In this document: piece after piece, positions 1 through 13,100 of the stretch
Layout: the number at the start of each line of letters is the position of its first letter
Numbering within the stretch: position 1 is the stretch's first letter
Assembly: GCA_051362555.1 (NCBI GenBank)
Contig: CM120641.1
Span: 9,920,001 to 9,984,000, forward strand
Length of the DNA: 64,000 bases
Reading direction: 5' to 3'
DNA from: Lingula anatina
Taxonomy: Eukaryota > Animalia > Brachiopoda
Position numbers and translations under genes: made by a program
The notes under the pieces: generated by a model
Database searches by the model: none
What the model was told of the DNA's origin: nothing
The model's input: the letters and a program-made list of their open reading frames with translations, nothing else

Positions 1-614
1 AAAGTGATCGTAGGTGAGGGAAATATATAATTAAAAATTATAATTGTCGTCTTTTTTAATGTTAAGTAATGTTAGCACATATTGTACACAGCAAAATAAG
101 ATTTCAGGAGGTTAAAACATGCCTGAAACACGTGTTAGGCGAAAATTGCGGCTTATCTTGCGTAACACTTCCGGTAAAATGCAACACTTCCGGAAAGATG
201 GACGTTTTGGCAGATGCCCCTAACAATCCGACGATATCAAAGGTTTCCATTTGCTGTATTTTAATCAATTCGACCAAACTGACATTTCCATGAAATTAAT
301 TAATTAATCTTGGTCGAATTGTTTGGCATATTACCGTAATTGCAAAACTAATCTAATTGAATACATAAATTGAATTATATGTATGTATAAGTTTGGGGCA
401 TTCTGCACAAGTAACCATCAAGTGACATCTATTGCAGCATATACTGTATATTAATTAAACATGTCTGTCAAAGGACATTTAGTTAAAATATTGGGGTAAA
501 GTACAAAAACTGACATGCAGAAACACCACCGCATGTTCTGCAAAACGAAGCACGACAGAGGCTACATCGTAACTTATGACTCAGCAATAACATACAACAT
601 GTGTTAAGATGTAC

Positions 615-1076
615 CTTGCAAGAACTTTTGATCGTTCCTTCTTCAGCGCATGCCATTTTCTTAACTTCACTGAAAACCTAAAACAGTTAAAATGAAACTT
701 ATTATTGCATTTTAGTATAAATAAAATGCCTCATGTGTTTGAAAAAATATATATGAAGGAGGTAATGGTAAAATCAAGTTTTTCATGGAGCATACTATAT
801 AATATATCATATATAATGGTAGCCAGCAGTAGCTTATCATATACTCATATACAAGTGTAATCCTTACTTATCACGATTATCTGGATTTTCGCATTTGGAA
901 TGTGCAAAGTTCCCGTCTCTCAGACAGCGTTGACAAGTAAATGGGCGTCTTGAATTTCTACATAGAGGACATCTTTCAACTGCAACACTGATCCCACCTT
1001 CTGTGTCTTCAAAAGAGGATGAAAGTTGAAAAATATTGGGTGCTATACTGCTTCCTGTGCTACTGCTGGCTGCCAT
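615..1076 (-). CDS. ATG14: Beclin 1-associated autophagy regulator ATG14, first two coding exons (gene continues off the left edge)
   Basis: Exon 1, 1076-868: MAASSSTGSS...ISVAVERCPLCRNSRRPFTCQRCLRDGNFAHS, the ATG14 N-terminal CxxC...CxxC cysteine repeat; ends at a GTAAG donor. Exon 2, 677-615 (63 nt; KFSVKLRKWHALKKERSKVLAR, coiled-coil start), has AG/GT boundaries and matching phase 2. Confidence 0.9.
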
Positions 1077-1085
1077 TTGTTTGCG

Positions 1086-1093
1086 TGACGTCA
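1086..1093. promoter_or_regulatory. Perfect CRE palindrome TGACGTCA in the short ATG14/CGRRF1 bidirectional promoter/5' UTR interval
   Basis: Motif read directly, about 10 bp from the ATG14 start codon. The two start codons (1076 and 1395) are only ~320 bp apart. Function is inferred. Confidence 0.4.
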
Positions 1094-1394
1094 GTTTTGT
1101 TTTGGGAAAATAGAACAGGTGCTTGGGGTTTTTCAGCAATTCATAGTGCTCATATGAATACGACACATTGAGTTTCATACTTGTAATGGACATACAGATA
1201 TTTCATTATTTTTATTCAAAGGTAAATTGTATTTACTAAGTTATAAGAATAAATCCATCTTAATTATTCTCCGACTAATTTTGCTCCCTGTGCATTTGAG
1301 CTCTTTTATTAAGGAGTATGGAAAGTAAAGAAGTAAACATGAGTGATGGCGAAAAAAAAGAAACAGATGACAACTACTGCTAGTAGTTTTAGAC

Positions 1395-4300
1395 ATGGCC
1401 AGTTTGTATGATCCGAGCATTCTGCTTTTAAACATGGAAGAAGACACATTTTCGCAATCTATGAATGCCGATCTGACATATACCGCTGTGGTGACTGTGT
1501 TGGCCTGCACTGCTGTCATAGTCGTTTTGTTGTTTCGGTATGTCAATCTTTAGCACGGAAATTCATGCGTTAGCACACCTATAAACAATCTCTGATTTTT
1601 ATAAGCTTTTACTTTCAACTTTTCTTAAAACGTGTCCAAAACAATGGTCAAGTGATTTCGACACAGGTGCAGTTCCCAAAGCAGTAGTTTGGCCAGTTCC
1701 GAAGCAGGATGCAATATGAAAATCTGATACGTACTGTGGGGACACAACTAGCTATTATCATCAGTACTCCCTTTTGTCAACATAACACGTCACGGGGGCG
1801 TCTCGATAGTCCGAAGGTTCATTGGTCCGAAGGTTCATTGGTCCGAAAAGTTGTAACATTTTCATCGATTTTTTAATCAAGGGTTCATTGCTCCGAAGGT
1901 TCTATAGTGAACATTCGGACCAGTGAACCTTCGGACTATCGCTACGGCCCCCACGTCACATGACTTTATGTACAATGTAGAATATAGTGCATTCACTTTT
2001 CAGTTTGACTTTATCAATATAGTAATATATCAAGTCTGCACAACGTTCCCGTGCGTTTGATACGTTTCTTTACTGTTTTATAAATTGTCAGTTGATCATT
2101 TATCACAAAGACATTTACAAACACATTCCATAAAACTTGGATGTTCAAATACGTAAATGTTATTTATTTATTTTTGAAATGACACATTCTATAAAAAACA
2201 AATTTTAGACATTCCTCTAATGAGGCAAAAGTTTGATTTATCTGAAAAAGAAAACATAAAACAAATGTAATGTTTCTTTCAGTCACCAGTTCCCAGACAT
2301 TTTGGAAGCAGGATCATCTAGCATATCAGACATATTTGTTGCTCCTGAACAGTCAATGATTGGGAACCATAATCCATTTGTTGTAGAACTAGAACATGCA
2401 GGCCAGCAAAATCATGACTGTAAGTCTGTTAGCTCCACACCCTCACATTTCAGGCATTTGTATTTAAACTATGTAGTGAACATGACTGTATTACTATTGG
2501 AATATCTTGATTTATTAAATATTAGAATGTAATTAAGGGAAAAGTTTTCTTCAAAGTATTATTTTGTTAAAGAAAAATAGAATTTAACTTAAAAAGTAAT
2601 AATGAGTAATTAAGATTTGATTATATTGGAAGATAAACAGAATATGATTTCTTTTTCTTTTTATTTCCAGATTTTGTGGAGTTGAAGTTTAACTGCACTC
2701 TGAATTGTTCAGTAAAGGGTTATTGGGGAATGAATATCAAACAATTATTTGATTTGCTGTACAAAATGGATGGGAGACAGTTTATTCAGAAGATGCATTC
2801 TCAGGATGCAGCTTTCACAAGCAGCTGTATAGAATCTTGTCATGTAAAGCAGTATCCTTTTAAATACTTCTGAAAATGTTAAATACCTGGTTGATTTTTA
2901 AATTATGCTTTTAAGCAAAAAGGCCTCAGAAGATAAAAATTAGATTTGAGCTTAAACAATGAGGGACCTAGTTCATGACACCTTCGTCATGGATCGAACA
3001 GTGTAGAGGAGTTTTTATAATGAAAATTATATTCCTTATTAACTGTGCAGTATCTCTCAAGATGAAAGGGGCAACAGGGACGAGACAATAACTTTTACAT
3101 CTACATCAAGTGTGTTGGAAGAGAAGCTTGGAGAATCTCCAAGGTCACTTTATCCACTGGTCATCATCACTGTCATAGACCCAGACAACTTGCACATATT
3201 AGACAGTGAGGACCAGAATCAGATTGTAAGTGAGATTTTTTTCAATTTTTATGAATCCGTCATTATTCTGTTTTTACAGTTATGGCCTTACGGTATTGGT
3301 ACTTGTGTTATTGAAGAAGGTATACATAGTCTAGTAATTCATAGGATTGAATAGTTACATGTGTAAGTGATTTTCTGGAGTTGCTCAAGTGTATTTTAAG
3401 CTGAACTTCCTTTGTTACGATTTATAAACGTAAAAAATGGAATAGTATCAGCGAAGATGGATATTGAATAGTTACATGTGTAAGTGATTTTCTGGAGTTG
3501 TTCAAGTGTATTTTAAGCTGAACTTCCTTTGTTTTACGATTTATAAACGTAAAAAATGGAATAGTATCAGCGAAGATGGATATATATAAATGTTAATTTG
3601 TTTATTTTCAAGATTGGATTGGTGACCATTGTTCACATCCAGGATAAATTTTGTGAAAATCCTTCACATATCATGGCACAGTACATCAAAGCTGCCTCTG
3701 GACATATTTTTCCCTTAAAGGTATGCTATGCTCCATGATAATCATTACTGAAACACAACCTAACCAAACATTTGTAGGTAGCCTATTCCAACCAAGGGCT
3801 TAAATGGTCAAAAATAGGAAATGCTTTTATTTTTCATTTTATTGATGACAAGCATGAGTTATTGACAGAATATTTTCATACGAGCATTTTTATATAATTA
3901 ACTTTTAAAGATAATGGTTCTTTAAAAAGATGAACAAATATTAAAGTAAAACAATGAAAAATGATCAATTTTCTGAAAGGTAATAAATAACTGCTTTGCA
4001 TCATATCTGTGCCAAGTTTACCAACTAATGGATGTTTAGTGTTTTTTTTTTAAATAAAGTTGATATTGTTTTTACACATTATGATGGCATATAGTATCTT
4101 GTGGATACCCATGCATCAAAGTTCACCTGTGTGGGAGGTTTGTACTGTAACAAAGAGGATGGCCTGGTTTGCCATAATTTTTTTTCTGACTAATACAGGT
4201 GAAGAATCACTGAATGATGGATAAGGCCTCTTGTGGCAGGATGTGGGTGGATGTTATGCCCAGTAAAATGCCAGCATATAGTTTCAAGTAGCATAACTAA

Positions 4301-5318
4301 GAGAATTACCAAAAGGCATTGTTTAATTTTACCCGAAAGTGATGTTTGAACAGATTTTTCTGCTAGCAATCTATGCTGTATGTCAATGGGGCAGAAAAGT
4401 AGGTCACGAAAGTAGGTTAAATTGACAACCAAAAATTTAAAGAAAGGAGCACTCTAAAGCTCTTTTATGGTTGATCGGGTGATCTATTCAGTTTATCCCT
4501 TGGCATGTCGAATTTATTAGAGTCGTAGAAGAAACTAAAAGAAGTGGTTTACATGTGTTACTGGGAATCCGCGCTCCACCGATGCTCGGTTCGTATGTAC
4601 CTTTAATTTGAAAATCACATTTGGATATATGAACATGCTTACTTGCTAATGGACATTCTGTGTTGACATGTACATTAGCTGGTGACAATTAGTAAATATA
4701 TAATTTGTCTGAAACTAAGGTGGTTGTCCTGAAATGAATTCAGTTATTTTGTTTTTCTAACTGAAAGGAGTTTTGCACATGTTATGAGTCAGCTAAGTAT
4801 TAGCCAGTTTAAACAATATCTGCACATCATGACCTCAAATTGCCTTACATTGCCAGCCGTTTTGATCTGCCGAAGTATTAACTGTAGATAATTTATTGTA
4901 TTGATTTTCTTTCCATTTGTCTTGTTTTCAGTCTCTCTTCATGGCAAAACAGAGTGAAAGGCAACATTCTCAATCAAACACAACAGATGCTCCACTCAGT
5001 GAGACTACATCTACTTCAGTGGAGGGTAGGGACTCAAATTATGACGATGAGGATGTGGATTCAAAAAATGACTGCACCGTGTGTCAGAATGCACCAATCA
5101 GTAGAGTTCTTTTGCCTTGTCGCCATGCTTGTTTGTGTGGCGAGTGCCTCAGACTAATAAGGAGATGTCCAATGTGTAGAGGCTACATAGACCGTTATTT
5201 TATAATTGACAGTGATGGTATTGGAAATGAACAAGATTTTCATGATGATTTCGAGGAGAACGGCACGTGGTGGGAAAGAATGAACAACAAATTGAACAGA
5301 TGGCTAGGCTTTTCATAA
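1395..5318 (+). CDS. CGRRF1: Cell growth regulator with RING finger domain 1 (N-terminal TM helix, C-terminal RING), 6 exons, ~376 aa
   Basis: Exons 1395-1537, 2283-2419, 2671-2851, 3051-3225, 3613-3720 and 4932-5318 splice in frame (1131 nt). Motifs: TM TAVVTVLACTAVIVVLLF, HNPF, PRSLYPLVI, SLFM, and RING CTVCQNAPISRVLLPCRHACLCGECLRLIRRCPMCR, which is typical of CGRRF1. Confidence 0.88.
1794..1951. mobile_element. 158-bp MITE with internally repeated TIRs and 8-bp TSD, in CGRRF1 intron 1
   Basis: TIRs GGGGGCGTCTCGATAGTCCGAAGGTTCATTGG / CCAGTGAACCTTCGGACTATCGCTACGGCCCC. CACGTCAC flanks both sides (1786-1793 and 1952-1959). Internal 16-bp repeats TCCGAAGGTTCATTGG. Confidence 0.85.
2852..3050 (+). 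other. U12-type (minor spliceosome) GT-AG intron 3 of CGRRF1
   Basis: 5' site GTATCCTTT matches the U12 consensus. Branch-like TTCCTTATTAAC lies just upstream of the terminal CAG and there is no polypyrimidine tract. Removing the intron restores the frame (CA|T). Confidence 0.8.
3346..3582. repeat. Tandem duplication of a ~117-bp unit in CGRRF1 intron 4
   Basis: ATTGAATAGTTACATGTG...CAGCGAAGATGGAT occurs at 3346 and 3463; the copies differ by about one substitution and one 2-nt indel. Confidence 0.9.
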
Positions 5319-6643
5319 ACTGATTAAGGGACATTGATGCACAGAAGTTGTACAGCTTTTTTATCCTGGCTTATATGTGAATTTTTACTGTTGGAGATAT
5401 TGTTTCATGAGGAAAGTTGTGGGAGTTGTTATATAGTCATTTACACAAGAGCTTCCTTGGGGTCAAAAAGCAAAATTGCCTGACATCTTTTGTCTTCACA
5501 GTTACTGAGTATTTTTATGTTAAAATAAAATCAAAACAAAAACAAATCAGTTGTTGTATATAATAGCATTTTAATGAACCTTTGTGAATAAAATTCATAC
5601 AATACACACCATGAAATACAACTACTAAGAGGAGCATCAACATATCCTACATTACAAAGCTTCTCCAGGGGTAAATTTCTAATGAAAACATTATACCTGG
5701 CATTGTTTTTCTTTGCACTAATTTTAATATAGGATTGGATATATAAACTCCAAATGCAAATGAAGTTAATGGCATATGTATAATGGCTAGTGACTGTTGA
5801 CTAAAGGTCAAATGTTGGGAACTAGGCAATTTGCTTTTGGCAATAAACTATAACACAAGGAATTGGGCATCATAACCTAAGTGTTATAACTTAAAGGTTT
5901 CCTGGTTCAAAGAACTCGATTGAAACAATAAAACATAATTATTAATGAACACTCCATTCCATTGTTCTTTAAAATAAAAAAGGCTTAGAATATTTTTGTA
6001 ATTCAAATCAAAAGCATACACTAATACTTTTTTTTTTCAAAAATAAAATAGAAATGATAATTATATGTAGTTAATTAAACAAGGAATGCATGGGACAAGC
6101 TAAGACAAAGCTTGAGTAAGTAGTGCAAAAATAATAACTTGCAATGTATATCATATCCGTATATTCATTATTTGTACATACACATATACATATATTTATT
6201 TATATATAAACACAGTTCGCTCTACCACATTCACACATATAAAAATCTCCCATCAACAAATTGTTTTGTAATAACTGGACGGAATAACAAATAATTCTGA
6301 CTTCAGTTCGTGCATGACATCTCTTTGGTTATCCCAAATAACAAAAGAGAAGCCAAATGTTCATTTCCAATACTGTGGCACGTAGTGTAGCAGACTTAAA
6401 AACTCAGTAAGGCATATCTAAGTAAAATGCAATAATAACGAATGTCCTTCTGAAAACTGGACATGCTACAACAGTGCAACAGGCAATGCATGCCACAATA
6501 ATTATAGTAAAACTATAATAATGATAAAATTGAGCAATCAATATTTACTGTAAATAATTGTTCACACATTCACATGGACAAGCAGTTCTGTTATAAAGAT
6601 ATGTATGAATATCACAATGAAAGAATGTTGACATAACTATTAA

Positions 6644-6858
6644 AGCCCCCTTTACACTGGACGGCGTCCTTTCTGCATTCCTTAGTACGGCCCGATTTGA
6701 GAGTAAAAAAATAATACTTCACGTGTTGACAACTGGCCAATCACTGAGCTTTCATGCTGCAACCAAAGCAATGCTTGTGCCTCCTACGACCACAGCAATG
6801 CCAGTTTTATGGTCACACAAAGGACGCAGCAAGGTCGCTGTCCAGTGTAAAAGGGGTT
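6644..6858. mobile_element. PIF/Harbinger-like MITE (~215 bp) downstream of the TOGARAM1 stop codon
   Basis: Imperfect TIRs AGCCCCCTTTACACTGGACGGCG / CGCTGTCCAGTGTAAAAGGGGTT, with TAA on both flanks (3-bp TSD). Confidence 0.7.
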
Positions 6859-7148
6859 TAAGACTTAGGCATGTTTGACAAAAGTCCTGAAAGCAAAGGT
6901 GTGGACGGCATCAGTTTTAAGTACAGTATTGCCCCTTCTTAAGGACAGGGAAAAGCCCTGAAACCAGTACATCCTTGTAGCCTTCTCCAGCAAACAGTAT
7001 CAGAGACGAGACTAATTCAGTGAGATCTCTATGCATATTATGCAATCTTTTTCTCTGCAATTCAAGGTATTTGCTTCTGTTTCAAACAAAACGCCATATC
7101 ACATCATGGAGCCAACACCACCTAAACAGGCTTCAGACTACAAATAAA

Positions 7149-10100
7149 TCACTGTTGCTGATTCTGGATCATATCCTGTAGAGTCTGCATGTGCCTGGGT
7201 GCTAGATGACTGCTAGCCTGATCCAGTAAGCTTTGTCCCATCTGCTGGTACAGACTGGAGACCAGGCGTGCCGTGGCAGTTTGTGTATTGCCTGTCCCAC
7301 CCTGTACAGAGCCACTGCTGGCCTGGGCACCAAGAAGGTGCCATAATAGTGGCAGAACATGGAGCATCACTGGTTTCTGCTTGCGTGGATATACTTTGGT
7401 GACCAAGTCTGCATATAAAAAAAATAGAAATTTAAACTTTTAAACATTTTTATACATTATTAATTATATGACTCACAAAAATTCCATAATAGAATGCAAT
7501 AAGACACCAAATTGAAGATGATAGTCTAAGAAGCTTAACAGTACAACTTGGCATTAAAAATTCTTCATATGTCATTTCTTCTTTGTAAATACATTCTGTG
7601 GAAACACATTTGATTATACTGCTTGATTATGTTATATCAATATGTTAAAAAATATTTCACATAGACTTTCAAACTTTTCATCACTTACATGCCACTTTCT
7701 CTATCATGTCTGGCTTCACTCTCACATTGCCAGCTTGGGCTTGGTTTGCAAATGGCTGGAGAAGAATAGCTTCATCTAAAAGAAAAATGATGCCAATCAG
7801 CATTCGAGTCGTCTATTAATGATGTTCTACTACACAAAAAAATAATTAAATCAATAACAATACAGTCTTTTAATATGCAAATGAACTGCTTTTAAATATT
7901 AAGTGAAAATTGCAATATGATATGACAACATCATAAAATTCAATCATATGTGGTTTTATCTGCTCTGAATATTACCTTTTTTTAATTTCTACCAAGCACT
8001 TCTAAATTAGACCGAAAGAGACAAACATACCTAGATGTTCCATAAAGCAATCCAATATATCCATTGCAGTGCTATAGATATCTTTGTTCTTGGAAGATAG
8101 ATTGTTGGACACTGTTTGGATTACCATATTGATACAGGAGCCCATATAATCCTTAAGGAGGGGTGTGATCTGAAGCAACACTTGTAATGCAAACAGGTTC
8201 ACTTTACTGTTGGAGTCATTCAGTCTTGAAACAAATTTATCAAAAATCTGAAATGGAAATACGACAAAAAATTATGGTGGTTAAGTCTTTGGAAATAGAA
8301 CAATGCATTATTTGGAGGCTTTCAGTCATCTGATCTAAATAAAAAATGTTTTGATTTCAAGTTATCTTTTGATTAAAGTTTTTTACTCATGAGAAAACTA
8401 GTAATGGATGCTGCTTTAACATTATAGTTGTATATCCTATTTTTTTAATAATATATAACACATCTCAATGTTACTATGATAGACACCAGAAGTTATTAAT
8501 CCTACAGCATAATCTAAAACTTAACTAATATCCATGCTTACTTTTGTGATATTTGCCCCTACAACTTCTGGGTTTTGCTCACACATTTCTGTCAGCCTTG
8601 TCAGCCCTTCGTGCCTCTGCTTCCAGTCGCTAGCTCCCAGCATATTGTTCATCTCTTTAATCTCTTCCTGAGTCTGTTCATCCATGTGTACCCTGTGACC
8701 TCGCTTTTTGCTCGAGGAACTGGACGGTAGGGAGGGAGAACCTTGGGAGCCATCAACCATACTACTGTAACAAGAAAAGGCAAAATGAAGATTTAAAATT
8801 GGGAGTATCATATTAGAATGGACTGTACACTTTGTCAGTCTAACACCAATCAGATAGAGAGTAATGCTTACAAAGAGTGTGTTCACATGGAATTTGTTAA
8901 CCCCTAAGAAGATGCACCCTTAAAATAACAATGACTTTAAACAGAATAAACTTTGTTTTTTTCCTCGACAAATCAACTTTACCTTCCAGCAGAATTTCCA
9001 CGTGACCTTGACCCTTGACCTGACCTCCTGGATCGAGCTGTAGGGGTGTCACTTGGATCATCACCAGGGCCCTAAAATGTTGTTTAAAAAATATATATAT
9101 ATATAGCAACAGAGAAACATTGAGATATCAAATTAAAAACAATGATATAAATTTCATTAACCTACATTTTAAAACTCCCCGAAATTGATGTAATGACCTT
9201 TACCTTCTGTCTCACATTGTCAACAACCTCCTGTATATTTCTCAGCGTATTCTGTGGAAGATATTTGGTGAGACACTTGTCAAAGTCCTGGTGGGACATC
9301 AGCATGTAGAGGATCTTGCGGGCATTGTACCTAGAATTGTAAAGAAATAATTAGGCTTTGAACAGCTGGTAAACAATAGCAAGAGAAAAATGAAAAATAT
9401 GTTAAAATGATGAAACTACTGTTCAGCCTGGATGATCATACCAATTCACTCTTAAGAAAAATGTTCTTAAAAGTCTCTGCATGTGCAAATTTGCAAGTCT
9501 TAAAATGATTTTTACCTCGTCTCTGGAGAGCCATCAGTGGCAAACTGGGCAAGCAATGGCAATACTCTGTCTGTGGTATCTTTAACCCCACTGAGAATTC
9601 TGCCAGGTCCCATACGCTCAACTAAACCCACTAAAAGCTGGGAGGTGATTCTTCTTACAGTTGCATTCTTGTGTCTGAAAGTTATTTTATTTCAATCATC
9701 ACTATAATTAATAAACAAGTAGATATTCTTGCTCCATATTTACATGAACCATTAAATGATTCTAAGTTTAGTAACATTGCTTAACATTAACTGAGTGAAA
9801 AATTTATGAAACACAGCGCTTTACCCTACGCTGCAACCATTTCCAGATCAATGTTTATATTTCCCATCCCTTATTTCTAATTTTAAATTATTCAACATAA
9901 CAACAGTGTTCATAAATACTAAATAAGGCAGAAGTTCATTTTGGGGCATTGGTATGATTAAATCGTCCATCATGAGTTATTTAGAACCAAAGCAGATCTT
10001 AAATAATCTAGATAACATGAAATTAAGATATGTAAACAATAAATATCTGTCTACTTACTGTCCACCTCCCTGAATGATAGCTACTAATGCCCTCTGTGGA

Positions 10101-13100
10101 GTCACCTCAGCAATCATGTTTGCCAGAGCTTTCTCACAATCCTCCCTGATAAAGCCATTGCTCTCACCATTCTTGTGAAGTAGAACTTTTGTTGTGTTTT
10201 CAAGATCCTGAAGAAGAAGGGAATATCATATCAACACCAATTTTATATTCTGCTAATGAAGGAATGTTTTACTTACACAATTAAATAATAAGAAAAAAAA
10301 TTATCAAAAATTAAATCTAACCTTATACAAAGACATCTGGCAACCAAATGATGAAAATGCTTTTGCTTTGATAACATGAATTCTTTTAAAAATTGCATTT
10401 AATTTGGTTGCTTTAATCAAGTGTCGCAGGTTTATGTGTATTTCAAATAACCCAGTTCCCATTATGTCTCAGAACCCATAATCGGAAAATCTACATAATC
10501 CTATAGATTTTGCAACGGCAACGTTAAGCAGTTCAATAAACACAGAGCCAGCTGAATTAACTTCCTAATCCACTCTGTAAACACAAAAGTACAGGGTGCT
10601 TCAAATTGTGTATCATTTATCACATATTGTGTACCTGTTACCACATATATATATCATCAAAGCATTCACCTGAAAAAAACACTGAAATATACATTGAGCT
10701 CTTGAGATATGCATCCTTAAAACTGCTGAACATATTTATCAAGTAGAACTGAAGTGAAAAGACAACTTACAGCATCCATATTTTTCTTTAGATTGAGAAA
10801 CATCTCCCCTAAAGTTGTGATGGCCAGGCGAGACACTTGTGATCGTAAATTTCGCACTTCAGCCATCACTGCCACATTGACGGGATGAAGGTTTGCAGCC
10901 AGGACAGCAGGATGGTGTTTGGCAAGTCGTCGAATCAGACTGAGACCATCACATTTCTCGTTCCTATAAAATAAAGTAGGGGGTAGGGGAGTTACAATTT
11001 GAAATCAATAAAATTACGCATTTTAATTTTGGATTTGTGCAGGATGCATTGTACTATTGTTCTTATCATTGTTACTGTAAATTTTGCAATTATTTGGGGC
11101 AAAACATGAAGAAAAAAAAAAAGAAACACACAAAAGCAAACATGATTTATACCATATGGAAAACTTTCATGGCTGAAGCAGATACTAAGCAGGTTACATG
11201 TTCATTCAAGTGCATTTCAATTACTATTGATTTCTCTCAATTCTCTTCTGGCATTTTTTCTATTTGGGTATGTTGTTCTGAAACATAAGCTCATTTCAGC
11301 TCACAGCAACCACATCATATACCAGAGCCCAGCTGGAGGGAATTTAATTTCCTGAGATATTAATCAAAAGGAAGCCAAAGCAAAACGAGTAGAATCATTG
11401 CACATCTTCATTTTAAAGAAAGAAGAACACATGATTAGTCCACACTGCAATCATTGTGTAGAGTGTCTTACCAGCCATCTTGAGCAAGTTTTGCTTGAGC
11501 ATCTTTGACTGCTGCTTCTGGGTTACTACAGCGTTTGAGCTCTGCAGCTTCAGACATGGGGCGCATGGAGGAGGACAGGGTGCTGGGAGGACTGTGATCT
11601 GCAGCAGAACTGACCTTACGCTCCTTGCTCATAGGGAAAGTATTGGACAAAGTTGGAGGCCTTGAATATAAGAAAAAAATGATTATATTAAAATTATCTA
11701 AAATCAATGAATAAATATGAAATAGTCCTTTTTATCTGTGGATTTCAGATGGATGAAAAAGTGCCAATCACCTCTTCAGATTTGTAAAGAAAATAATTCC
11801 AACTGCAATTTTCTATAATGCCCATAAAGTACATAATTGAGGATATTAAGAGCAAACAGGTAGAAATTGCTGCCTTACATGTCAGACTAAGAAAGGTGTA
11901 CTTACGATTTTGACTTCCTCCTAGGCGGAGTTGCTGCTGGGGGCTTAGTGGTTACTAATTTGTTTGGTGTGCCTGCATTATTACCCAAGATTGAGAGATC
12001 TAAAATGAAAGAAATGCATTAACTGAATTATCATCCCCTAGACAAACTAATCTAAATGTCTGAAATGTAGGAAACCCCACTGTGAAAATGATAATCCTCA
12101 ATTTTTTTAACTGTTTCATTGAAGGCACAAAACTGTTCAACCCAGGGTCATTTCAATTCATATAATCTAACACCACCATAAATTAACACTAATACTCAAG
12201 AAATCAAACGCTTCATAAATACCTTCTAAATTGAGCTTTTCTTCTGTGGCCAATTTCTTTAACTTCTCCTGCTGTCGTTCCTTTTCCCTTTGTTTTTCTT
12301 CCTCCCTTCTTTTTTGTTTTTCTTCCATTATTCTTTGCTGCCTTTCTTCCTGTATTCTCTGCTGCTCTCTTTCCTGCTCTCGTTGCCTTTCTTCTCTCTC
12401 TTTCTGCTCTCGGAGTCTTTCTTCACGTTCCCTTCTTTCGTGTTCCTCCCGGACTCGCCTTTCATGTTCCTTTCTTGCCTTTTTCTCCTCTGCTTCTTTA
12501 ATCCTCTCCTCTCGTTTTTGCTCCAGTCTTTCTTTGGTGGTTTTAGACATAGATATGACAGACTCCTGTAGAAGAGACAATAATGTTTTATTTAAAAATA
12601 CAAAAAACATTTTTCAAAAAGTGTTTCTCAAAGAAAAAATATTTTAACAAACAAAACAAGTTACCAAACAGTTACTTACTATTTAAAAAAATTCAACAGA
12701 TGATCAAAAAAGCCAAATCGATTAGATTTTAATCTATCAATACATCAAGACAAATGTCACCATTCCTAAAATACTTGTCAAGATTTCAACTGATTGACAA
12801 AAGTGTTATAAACTGTTCAAAATGTTAAACATAAACATTCTATTGAGAAAAAGCACCACTTACATCATCTGATTCCACAAGTCCTTCCTCATACTGCTTC
12901 TCATTGGAATTCTGTCGCATGCCCACACCATACACAGGGAGGTCCGGGCTGGCAGGTTCTTGCTTTGACTCCCTTCTCTTGTCTCTGTGTACAGAGGAGT
13001 TAAGTGACAAGTCACTGCCACTTTCTGCAGGGGAGTGATCAAACATACCTAAGAGGGTGGAGAAATTTTGACATGATAATGGCTGAACTGGGTATGAATA

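Noticed and set aside
165-195. Two ETS-like ACTTCCGG motifs
   Set aside because: They lie inside an ATG14 intron with no associated transcript evidence; could be a repeat fragment.
1241-1546. 101-aa minus-strand ORF upstream of ATG14
   Set aside because: Antisense to CGRRF1 exon 1; no recognisable domain.
12231-12647. Plus-strand Ser/Leu/Phe-rich ORFs (138 and 93 aa)
   Set aside because: Antisense shadows of the E/R/K-rich TOGARAM1 exon.
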